DNA of 64,000 nucleotides from Cenococcum geophilum (Eukaryota): NCBI GenBank assembly GCA_050273025.1, contig CP158635.1, positions 22,506,001 to 22,570,000 of the forward strand, read 5' to 3'. Shown piece by piece: positions 53,901 to 64,000 of this stretch (position 1 is its first letter; each line of letters starts with the position of its first letter). The notes under the pieces were generated by a model. It saw only the letters and a program-made list of their open reading frames with translations, ran no database searches and was not told where the DNA came from. The position numbers and the translations under genes were made by a program.

Positions 53901-55049
53901 CTGGCACTACTAGTAGCGCATAGACTTTATAATGAGAGTGATTGTAATTTTCAGCGTGTCGATAATATACTTATATTATTATCTATATGGAACTTTCCTA
54001 TATTAGCTCTTATACTCTACTTAGCATATTAGAATCTCCTTTATTATCCTAGGATTTAGAAATTAAAATAAGAAATTTTTACCTATAATATCCCGGCTGC
54101 GGATAACTATAGTTTAGAATAGAGATGGGCGGATATTAATTGTTATAAAACCTTATGCTATAGGATTGGATAGTTATATATAGAGATAATATAGTTAATA
54201 GTTATTAAATCTAAAATATATTTTAATTAAGATCCTAATTCTAATGCATCTCTACCCAGTTAGGGTCTCCTTTCTTTCCGTAACAGGAATATACGTAATT
54301 AATAAGAGCTAGAACCCAGCTTATAGTTGGTTTAGAAACGCTAAGCAACGTAGTAAGTAGCGGTACATTACTGGGGTAAGCTGCGGTTGGCTTAGCGGAC
54401 TAACGCGGCGCATTTAATAACCAATTAAATGACGGGTTAGTTATTAGTCTGTGCTGCACTCGCCAATTTACTTTCTATATTACTCTTTAAAAGTAAGAAC
54501 TAGGGTGCTATGGTATATATAACACAACAGCGCGCGGAGGTAAAGTGTAATTATTACGCCCACTTACATTGCTGTAAAAAGATAGTACCTTTTATATATC
54601 CCCAAAATGCCTACCTCTATTGCTATAACATAGCATTATTATAGGACGGGAGGTAACGGCCTAGAAGATATTAGAAGGAGCTAATGTTTAAGCGACAACT
54701 AATTACCGCAGGACGCCGCGGTCGTTACCACCTCATCACCACAGCTTACCTATCTCACCTTTTTTTACTCCCAATAGGAGCAAACTACTAGTGTTTTCTA
54801 GTGTTAGTAGCGAGATCTAAAACGCTAGGAAGACTATCTGCCGTATAGATTAGGTTAAATCTACCCAGTACTCCCACCGGGTGGAGTATACACTATACTT
54901 ACTAGCTAGCCGACGTATTATTTTAACACTACGTATCCTCTTTAACCAAGCTAAAATGTTAACTTAAATAAATATATTTTCCTATTTCTTAACGCTGCCG
55001 TTATTTCTTAAGCCCTATTTTTGTTTTGCTATTATCTATATAACAGTTA

Positions 55050-55870
55050 GGCTCTAGAGAGACATCTAAGGTTTAAAAGCGAATTTATAAAGCTTATGGC
55101 CGCTATTAATTAAAGAAGTCGAAGGTATTACCCAAATTTTAATTATATAACGTTGCACTTCTGACGATGATTTAGTATAGTGAAGGGAGTTTATATACTT
55201 AATGTATAACTAATAATACTATCTATATCCCTAGCTCGCGAAAGAAGTCGCGAGATAAAGTTTACCCTAAAGGGTATACCTCTATATTCGAGCGTTCTAA
55301 GTTTAAGGACTAATTATAGCAGTTATATAGAAATGCTTAAGCGACAATAGGCCCAGGTAGTGGTAGGTCTAAAAGAGCTCTATAACCGGCTATAAAACAA
55401 TAAAGATTGGCCAGGGTTACCGTTACCAAAGGTATAAAACGGCTATCCTCTTACATATAATATTCTTAAAAGGCTCGGTCTATTATATTCTAGTAGTAAC
55501 AACGCTAGCAATTACAAAGGTTTTAAAGAGGACTGCAACTATATATAGAAATAACTATTAGAGAACGGTACGGGATGCTCTTAAGGCTTATCTTCCGCAT
55601 CTTACAGAACACTAACGACAAAGCCGTTTAATCTATTTGCGCCTAACTACGCTCTACTAACTCTACCAATAGATAGCCTATTTTTGGGGCAGCCCTAACT
55701 AACCTCTACGGCATAGCCAGGTCCTAATAACATAATATTTATACAGACTAACCTTAAACGGGCGACTATAGACTTTAAATACTACGGTACCTTTAGATTT
55801 GCCGACTAGTTTCTATTACCTATTAGCCAGTTTCTATTCCCTTTTGCTAATATTAACTAGATGGCAATAG
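55050..55870 (+). pseudogene. RIP-degraded Zn2Cys6 transcription factor (Fcr1-like family); boundaries approximate
   Basis: De-RIPed: RICKACGRCRLKKSK [intron] ...C..C..DN.IC...RKKSRDKVYPKG [intron] YVEMLERQQAQVVAGLKELYNRL...WPG...GYPLTHDILERLGLL (55080-55485). Confidence 0.8.
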
Positions 55871-56313
55871 AGTAATAATTACAAATTGTCGTTAGTATTA
55901 TAAGTATCGTCGCCATTATATTAGCTAGTGTATTAATATTTATATCTTACTATTGTCTTAAGGATTTTTCAGGAGTACTAGTGTAGCTATTATTCTTTTC
56001 CTATTCTTTAGATAAGTCCTAAATATATCCTTTTAGTCTATTTAACACCTTCCCGTATACCGCCCATATATAATTAGCTATATTTTACGTTTTTAATCCT
56101 TATTGCCGCAAACACCTATAAGGAGCGTTTTGATTATTTAGCACGGCGTAGCGGCAAATAATTAAAGTATTTCTTTTTTAAAATATCTGCGTGATAAGCG
56201 TATTATTTAAACTATAGTAAACTATAATTTTATAATTACGAGGACACGGAAACGTTAGCACTATAATTAATTATATTAATAAAGAAATTCCAATTTTATC
56301 GTGGTCTATAATC

Positions 56314-57171
56314 CTAATAAAGATAGTAAATTATATTAAAGCTATTCCTAAAGGTATCTAACGATATAGAAAACTTCCTATTGCCCAAATCTGGAAAATT
56401 TCCGGGGTTATTAGGGATACCCCAACTATTAGTGTTAATATTACCCTATGGGTTGCGAAGAACTATCTAACTAGTCTTGTCTCCCGTTATAGAGCCTAAA
56501 AGAGAGTAAGAATACTGGCTTACTATTCCCTTAGCGGGGTAGTTATTTAAGGTCGCAACTGCTGGAACGCTTAGGGCCGCAAGTATTCGAGTCTATAGGT
56601 TGTCGTTACTTAATAAGCTAATGTTAATCCACTGTCTATTATCGCCACTATAGATTATCTTTATAGTATAATAGGCCTAGCCGCCTAACTTAACCTTAGT
56701 TTTATATCTAGCTATCTCTATAGCTTTTTCTATATAGGCTACCTAAGAATATACTTCTAATATACCAGTGCCGCCAGAAATAGAAAACCCGCCAGTATTT
56801 AAGAAGAAACCATTCTACGGATCCGCTAAGCTAGGTTTTAATACTATATAGAATTTTTAATCTTTTCTATTGGAATTATATAAAAGAATATTAGCTTTAT
56901 TTTTATCCGTATTATTTTTAATAATTATTTTAATTAAGTCTTAGCCTTTAGAAGAATTAACTATAGAAGTAAGAGTAGTAAGCATCTAATAATCTCCTAG
57001 TCTATTCTGCTCAATATCAGTCTTTATAGGCCCAGTTAAGTTATTCTAAAGAAGATTAATAGGTGCGTGGAAATCCCTATTTAAGTTAAATACGATAAGG
57101 GCGTTTTCTAGAAATGGTGTGGCCGCTATACGGTATATAAGCATGAAAATATATATACTAAGAATTTCCAT
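56314..57171 (-). pseudogene. RIP-degraded, intronless, probably secreted calpain-like (peptidase C2) cysteine protease, about 285 codons
   Basis: One frame throughout. aaaATG at 57171 with a hydrophobic leader. DIEQNRLGD[C>Y][W>*]ML (Cys codon 56989-56991), [W]VAYIEKA, GIVSQ[H>Y]SYSLLG (56512-56514), LRNP[W>*]G (~56443-56460), DLGNxKFSxSLDTF. All lesions noted are transitions. Confidence 0.85.
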
Positions 57172-58081
57172 TTTAGTTATTTTTAAAAGAATTAATAAAC
57201 TAATATCGTTTAAATTCGCAGATCTAATATCTAAAAGTTAGATTAGATTGGAGTTTTATTCTTTATAAATAAAAGCCAAAGCATATAGGTATTTAAATGT
57301 CAATTATAGCAGCTTTTAAATTTAAGGGCATTGTGAAAGTACGGGATGCGAGAAGAGGAGCAAGGGCTAGGCTATGAATTTTATACGCGATTTGCACCAT
57401 AACTAAGATAGTTAAGCAATTATTGCGGGACCTTAGGATAAAACAAATGTAGACTTTTATAAATGGGAAGCATAATGTCAAATAGGGGTCGAAATTGGGA
57501 GGCGCATAAGGCGATCCCCTCGCTAATATAGCTCTGGGCACGACCAGTTCACCCCCCCCCCCTTTAGTAAGCGCTGCGAGATTTCAAATATTCAGTACGT
57601 ACTTGTAACGCATAGGGAATAATTTAAATAAAGAGGGAGATAGCTTGGGTTTTTTTGTATATGACGATGGTACTGGAGGAGTCCTCTATATGCGTTTCCT
57701 GCTTATATAAGCAGAGTCCCTTCTTGTTCGGTCTCCGCAGCAACTACTTTAGTATCCGTAGTAGTCACCCCGGACCCCGTAGATATAGGCCTATATTAAG
57801 GCCTATATTCCTCGTAGTTAGATTCTATAGCTTCATTCATTCATTCCAATATCATTCAGTTCATCAGTATAGAAAAAAGTTTGATAGTCAGTCATGTATA
57901 TATCAGGAGTTGAGAGTCGACTTGACCTTTTTATAAAGGACCTTGCGATTAGTGGCAGCCTTAGTGTATGGCAATCATCACTGCAATCAGGCGTTAGAGA
58001 GCCCCGCAGTGAAACGACGGCCATCTTTTCAATTCCTTTTCTATTCCTTGCACTCAGTATGCATTATATCCCTACGGTCTA

Positions 58082-58300
58082 TGTTAGCGACTTAGTCAAT
58101 CGAGGCACGAGCACGGTAAAAAAGGGTCGCGCAAGCCTGTATGATTGGATTGTCTATAAACGAGGATCCAAAGCTAGAGAAAAGGAAAGGAAAAAGACAA
58201 GCAGCGTCACTCGAAGTTTTATACAATCTTCGAGTCACGTGACTATAGCTATTCTGCCAAGTTCTGCTAGGTCCTACCAAGTTCTGCCAGTGCCGTAACA
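58082..58300. mobile_element. Solo LTR, 219 bp, little RIP
   Basis: tgttagcgac...gccgtaaca; perfect TSD gtcta. Confidence 0.9.
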
Positions 58301-58626
58301 GTCTATGCACTAAGTCCCATTTTGGGACACCTTCTAGAGGTGTAAAACACACCTCTATACACTTATATTAGATGTATTCTATACCTTCTAAAGGTGTCTT
58401 AAAATAGGACGTGTAGAATACACCTAAATTAGATGTATTTTACAGTACTTTTAATGTTCCATAGCCCGTAGGGCATGTAGATAGCGCTTTAAGGCAATTC
58501 TTTAGCAGGTGCTAGGAACTAGCAAAACCGCTAAATCCTTAGCAGATTTAAGTGCTAGGTACTAGCAAAACCGCTAAGAACTAGCCCTAGAGTGACTTTA
58601 TAGCCCTGCGCCTCCCAATTATACGC

Positions 58627-58725
58627 AGTGATCTATTTGGATCGGAGTGGAGCGGATTTGAAGCCAGATCCACTCCATCCACCAAATATTCAATTTGAAG
58701 CCAGGAGCGCCACGGAGCTCCAGTG
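58627..58725. mobile_element. Possible hAT-like terminal fragment
   Basis: cagtg start with ggagtggagcggattt / atccactcc motifs; no partner end found. Confidence 0.35.
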
Positions 58726-59373
58726 TAGTTATATACTATTTATAGTAAGTCTTGGCACAAATCTGGTGTAGTATTCGAGAGGTAGGCGGCCTTTAAACGT
58801 ACCAAAAAACGTCGTTAAATGGGCTTATTAGATTCCTCATCTTCTCTCATCTTCCTCTGTAATATCATCGTCCTTAATAACCACCACCTCACCATCGGAC
58901 GTAGCCTCACTCTCAGCTTCTACCTTAACGCATCGAACTCCTCATCAAAGCCGGAACACCAAGTATCCTCAGAAGTAGTAGGTGGTTGAGGCAGCTCTGC
59001 AGCTTTACGAGCCGCAGAGGCTTGTGCAGGCGATATTGTAGGAGCTGCAGGCTCTCCTTCTATCTCTCCAACTTCCTGATTGTCAAACGCGCCTTCTTTG
59101 TGGAGGCCCGTACGAGTGCCGAAGACACTCATTTGCCTCAATTATATCCATTCGCAATCGAGAGCGACAATCATTGAGAAGCAAATTGAACTAATGTTCC
59201 TCCCTGGGTGGCGAGAAACCTACCATGCCGAGAAAAACAATGGGTACTTTGACTTTGAGCAACTTAAAGTCTATACATACACTGATATTTCCAATAGTTT
59301 TAAATAAGTTGTGTTCTGTGGTCACTCCTGAACATAATGGACCCTTCCCACCTAAAGAATTGCGTTTGCATTA

Positions 59374-61506
59374 GAAGAGGCCGCCAGGCAATGCACGCTT
59401 ACAAAGCAATGCACGGTCCTCAAGCCCAAATTGATGTAAAAGATGAGACTATTTACACCCATATAAATCGTCAAATTAAATTAATCTCTGGTGTTTTAGA
59501 GGCTCTAAAAGTCGCTGAATTAGGCTATATCTATTTCATAGTCCTTAAGATTGCTTGGCAGGCGTTTCTGGCGTCGAGGCCGTACATCAGCTGTTTCCAC
59601 CTCTACCACCTCCTCCTCACGTATAGCAACAATCTCAACATTCTCTGTATCCAATATGACCTTATTTTGCTTCCTTTTTAACCTCCTTGCCTGTTTAGCG
59701 TTGCTTTGTAGTTGCTGCTTAAGTCGCTTAGCTTCCTTAGCCTCCTATATAGCGAGCTTCCTGGCCCAAGCTTCCCTCTCTCGCTGCTCCTTGTTATATA
59801 CCCGCTGTTCCTTTCTTTATTCTATTAAACGCCTCTTCTTATCCTTCTATAGTTGCCTTTAAAGCTTTTTATTAGCCTTAAGAGCTACCTTATGCTTCCT
59901 ATCTTCCTCCTATTGGATAAGAAGATTACGAGCTTCCTGTACCTTCTTAGGACTATAAAATATAGCACTACTATTGTTCTGCGCGGCGAGCTTATAAAAA
60001 AGAGGTTTCTAGCATTGGCGCTTCTTCTATTTATTCTTAAGAGCTCGCTAGTAGCCTTAAACACGCGATGTAAGGAGGATATTCATGGCTGCTAGACTGT
60101 GTATCGTATTAGTAAGCTATTATACTTTAGGGGCAAATATATTGGTAGCTACCGCCTTAAGCGTCCTCTCAATCTTCCTTTAGTCGGTAGTAGTTAATAC
60201 CAAGTTAGAAGACTTACTGGATGTAGGCCTTTTCTTTATAGGGGCTTCTTTTAATATAAACTTATCTAAAACAACCTCTAGCTTAAAAGGGTGAATACCA
60301 GTCTTTTCCTAGCCACTTTGTATATTCTTAGCTACAAAAGCTTTTTTATAGGCCACCTAGAATAGTTAGAAAAAGTCTCTCTTTATAAGGCGCGTAAACC
60401 CTTTAGAATTAGTGGTAAACTGGCTTAATTCTTAACTGTAAAATATAGCGAGCGGCGAGAAGAGAGAGACATTAAGAGGCTGCAATCTGTGCGTTAAATG
60501 AGGTAGATAAACAGCTAGCAAGATCTTATACTTATGGTAGTAGTTAATAAACCTTATATTAATATAAGAGCCGTGGCCGTTAATAATAAGCAACCCCTAG
60601 TCCCTATAAGCTTTTGCTTTTATTTCCCGATTAAATAGAGTTGTTAACTATAAGTAGCCTAGCTTATTATTCGTCCAGCCTGTTACTAATAAGCTAAAGA
60701 AGCAGCTCTGTTTATTGGGGTTATAATCCTATAGCTAGGAGTTTTAAATATTACCTAAGACGGCTTAGTAAATAAGACCGGGCAAGAGGCTTATTCCGTT
60801 AGCGCAAATAGTTGCTAATATAGTAATCCACTCTCTATTTCTATCCTAGCTTATATTTTAACTTCTACTAGCATTAAAAGCCTTCTTTAAAAAGATCCTC
60901 TTTACCTTTTTAAGGAAACTAATAAGAAAGCCCTTTTTATCTATATTATACGTATTCCCTAGCTGTATATTATACTTAATTATTTTCCTACCTAATAGCT
61001 TAAAATATAAGCTATAATATAGCGCTAAATTAGCCTTTTTACGTGCAGAGTTAATTAGAAGAAGGTATGCGGATTTGAGCTTATTCTTATAAGCAAGAAG
61101 CCAGCGGGCCGCCTAGTGCTCTCCTAGCTGCCTTCCTGCAATTCTAGCAGCTAGGTTTTGAACTATTGTAATAGTAGGAGGTAGCCCACGTTTAGTGAGG
61201 TTGTTAATATATTGTATAAGCACTTTTAACTGTATCTGATTGAGTAATCTCATTGAATCGTGCGCGGTAGCCCTAGATCCGGTAACGTTCCGAAAGCGCT
61301 TAGAGAGAGTCATACGGTTGCACCTATGCTTTTTGGCAGTGGCAGTAATATTCGGCTTATCTTGAAGTCTTAAATCAGCAATTGCAGCTTCAATTGAGTC
61401 CATTTTGGTGCGTTGGTGTTGATATTTGACGATTTTGATTTTGACGATTTTGGTGGGGGAGCACCGTGCATTGCTTTGTAAGCGTGCATTGCCTGGCGGC
61501 CTCTTC
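59374..61506 (-). mobile_element. pogo/Fot1-like (Tc1/mariner) DNA transposon; transposase inactivated by RIP
   Basis: Perfect 44-bp TIRs (59374-59417 / 61463-61506); TA TSD; ORF starts at 61403 (MDSIEAAIADL..., HTH); motifs YNMDEKGF ~60928-60952, LLIIDGHGSH ~60565-60594, PPHSTHRLQPLD ~60471-60507. Confidence 0.95.
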
Positions 61507-62334
61507 TATCGCCTTTGCACCTAATTTGCGGGAAGTCCCCATTTATGACGCAAAAGAGTTCCTTCACTACAGCTCCACTATCGAGCTCTTATCACTCCTA
61601 ATACTTATAAAAGGATCTTATCGAAGCTTTAGGGCCTCACTACCATGCTAGAAATCGTCATGAGCCTTTGTGGCTGCTGTGGCACACAAATTCATGCAAG
61701 GTCGCCACGCGGGAGAAAACGCCAAGCGTCTTGATGAGAATTTACCGCGCTTACATAATATAATATTTACAGCCACGCTAGACGTGTTACATTGTACATT
61801 ATACCGAATCATTTAAAGTGTGGCGTTCTTCTAGAACTTTCCATGAGCAGCCCCGTGCCTACTTTCGCTGGCGGCCTCCCACTCGGCTGCCTCTCACTCC
61901 ATCTCCATCATCGCAGTAAGTTGGCATGAGCGATCGCGCCAGTGAAGCTCTTGCAGAGAGCTTTCTGCCAGGAGAGCCTCGGACATTACACGGATTTTGC
62001 AAAGTTTCCTATTTGACAGCTTCCAGACTGTATCACAAATCACGTGTGCGTAGTCGGGGCAAATATTTAAATGGAAAACTCCGTAAGTTATTAAGTTCCC
62101 CTTTCTATATAAGTTAATATCGACGGGACTTGTCATCTCATCACTCGGGGTTCTGATTTTCATTACTATCTTAGGTAATATGGCTAGAAGGGGCTTCCCA
62201 CGTGTGAGGCTTGGATTCAGCTGGAAGTGCGGGGTTGCGGAATTGCTTCATTCAGCTCGGAAGCAATAGATTATATTCTTCTCCATCCGGGACAAGACCC
62301 ATCCTTCTCCTTCTACATTGCTACTTACGCAGCC

Positions 62335-64000
62335 ATGTCAGATCAGACCCAGATTACTTTCACAGGCGATTGGCGTATCACCGTCACAGGACGGAATGCC
62401 GCCTGGGCACAGCGGGTGGTCGCCAGCGGTTCAGCAGCCGGCACAAAAATCCTCGCTGGCTATGTCGGCACGACAATGGATGTATATGGCAATGGTCAGG
62501 CAGACTGGACTTTATCAATCGACCACAACGACGGCACTCATGGCTGGCAACCGAGCTTCATTCGAGGCCTCTCTACCATTAGTACTAGTCCTTTCCTTTC
62601 TTGGACAGTCGAATCGGAGGACAAGACGGAGCCTGGAGGCGACCGCGACTTTGACGACTTGGTGATTCGGCTGGACAAGTTGGGCATGGTTGGTCAGTCC
62701 GTGCCGCCTTTTGCAGTCTTACCAGGCAGTCTCCAGGCAATGCCCGAGGGCATATTTGAAGCGACGCTTGGACAGTATCTCATGGCTGTGCGCATTCAGA
62801 ACATTTGGACAGTCGCCTGGCCGCCAACCGCCCGGGTGGGACTGAGCGATCGTTGCCGTGCCTGGCTGTCCGCAGGGGGTGTTAGCGTCATCGACAGCTG
62901 GAGTGTGAAAGACCAGGAAGCAGTGGGCCAGCAAGTAGTTGGCGGCAGGGCCGTTGTCGGCCGTCTCGAGGCGTGGGCAACGAGGCGCATCTTCTTCAAA
63001 GTCGACGTCTCCCAGGCGGCCATACGAAAGCACCAGGTGGAACTGCAGGTAATGACTGATCAGGGAGCGGAGACAGTTGCCCTCATCAACAAGGCAGCGA
63101 GCGCACCCATGTCAGTTACGCGGACCACATATGACCCGTCCCAGAAGGCATTCATCTCACGATGTGATGTTGGTGTCATGACAGCCTCCATCAAGCAGAT
63201 GGCTGTTGATTTGAACACTTTCAGGCACGCTGTCAGCATCCTACGAAAATTGGACATAGGTGGCGCGGGTGGGGGTGGAGGTGGAGGAGGTCCAGGGGGA
63301 GTTGGAGGAAGCGGTGGTGGAACTAGGGGCTGCAATCAGAGAACGCTCGAATACGTGCGGGCGCAACTGCGAGCCTTTCTTGACGGAAAAGAGGTGGACC
63401 TTTGTGCACTCTGGCGACAGCTCGCCTGCTGCTGTGCCAGCGGTGGGACAGGTGGTGGAGGAGGAGGCGACAACACGAGTCCAGGCGGAGATTGGACGGG
63501 CACACCGGACCCAGGCCTCACCATTTTCCTCTTCCCGACCGAGGTTGACTACTCTGTCGAGTACAACCAACCCTTCGAGGGCCAGTACGGCCCCATCCCG
63601 TTCCAGGACCCGTGGTGGAAGCTCCTATTAATCATTGTCGCCCTCATCCTAACCCTTGCTGCGGCAGTGTCAGGCGGTGCGGACCTCGCGAATGCAGGCT
63701 ATAACGATGTAATCGGCACATTGGCGCATCGGGTGTTGAATGCCACGGCGGAGAAACCGGACCCCCCGCCGCCAGAGGAAGCTGGCTCTGTAGATATTGC
63801 GGTTGTGACTCTGAATGGCAGTCGTGGTCTTACGCCTGCTATCTTTACTGTCTTGGATGCGGCGTCTGGCGACGTGTCGACAAATCCTATTCAGGCGCTT
63901 GACAGTCAGATTGACACGCCCGGAACAATCCTCACTAATGCACAGATAGCGGCAATGATACAGAATCTCGCAGAGAACCCTGGCGATCCCGCGGCGGAGG
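62335..64000 (+). CDS. Intact uncharacterised protein, more than 555 aa, truncated by the window end; N-terminal LecB/PA-IIL-like Ca-binding lectin motif, Gly-rich linkers, one hydrophobic helix
   Basis: gccATG at 62335; stop-free for 555 codons (MSDQTQITFTGDWRITVTGRNAAWAQRV...ESEDKTEPGGDRDFDDLVIRLDKLG...DPWWKLLLIIVALILTLAAAVSG...); GC-balanced and un-RIPed. Confidence 0.9.
   Translation, partial: MSDQTQITFTGDWRITVTGRNAAWAQRVVASGSAAGTKILAGYVGTTMDVYGNGQADWTLSIDHNDGTHGWQPSFIRGLSTISTSPFLSWTVESEDKTEPGGDRDFDDLVIRLDKLGMVGQSVPPFAVLPGSLQAMPEGIFEATLGQYLMAVRIQNIWTVAWPPTARVGLSDRCRAWLSAGGVSVIDSWSVKDQEAVGQQVVGGRAVVGRLEAWATRRIFFKVDVSQAAIRKHQVELQVMTDQGAETVALINKAASAPMSVTRTTYDPSQKAFISRCDVGVMTASIKQMAVDLNTFRHAVSILRKLDIGGAGGGGGGGGPGGVGGSGGGTRGCNQRTLEYVRAQLRAFLDGKEVDLCALWRQLACCCASGGTGGGGGGDNTSPGGDWTGTPDPGLTIFLFPTEVDYSVEYNQPFEGQYGPIPFQDPWWKLLLIIVALILTLAAAVSGGADLANAGYNDVIGTLAHRVLNATAEKPDPPPPEEAGSVDIAVVTLNGSRGLTPAIFTVLDAASGDVSTNPIQALDSQIDTPGTILTNAQIAAMIQNLAENPGDPAAE

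Larger units (their letters stand above)
1..57300. other. RIP-mutated AT-rich compartment
   Basis: TpA excess and CpA/TpG depletion by eye; LTR pairs differ mainly by C>T / G>A transitions; TGG/CAG/CAA codons converted to stops. Confidence 0.95.

Noticed and set aside
58800..59310. Un-RIPed acidic minus-strand ORF fragments
   Set aside because: Possibly a gene or transposon remnant, but I found no recognisable motif or convincing gene structure.
62211..63631. Short ORF-track entries on both strands
   Set aside because: They are shadow frames of the long real ORF starting at 62335.

Overview
This is filamentous-ascomycete-type DNA. About 57 kb is an AT-rich block of nested transposons heavily mutated by repeat-induced point mutation (RIP; CpA/TpG to TpA transitions, stop-riddled ORFs), grading into GC-balanced DNA at the right end. 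I resolved, with termini and target-site duplications (TSDs) where stated: a Helitron Rep/PIF1 relic interrupted by a chromodomain Gypsy, two GalEa-type Copia elements, two more Gypsy elements, several solo LTRs, a pogo/hAT transposase chimera, a complete pogo/Fot1-like element, and several non-coding elements bounded by terminal inverted repeats (TIRs). Three of the non-coding elements have different ends but carry the same GCAGAGCTTCGT minisatellite. Three RIP-destroyed cellular genes lie at 53-57 kb: a conserved hypothetical gene, a Zn2Cys6 transcription factor and a secreted calpain-like protease. The only clearly intact gene starts at 62335 and runs off the window, so it is absent from the ORF track; it has an N-terminal LecB/PA-IIL-like Ca-lectin motif. 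The most notable observations are (i) a covarying multi-hairpin module shared by the 3' UTRs of two Copia elements and one Gypsy, (ii) modular minisatellite elements that cross transposon superfamilies, and (iii) the lectin-like gene and the dead secreted calpain. Most ORF-track entries are spurious. All protein family calls come from motif recognition by eye, not from database searches.
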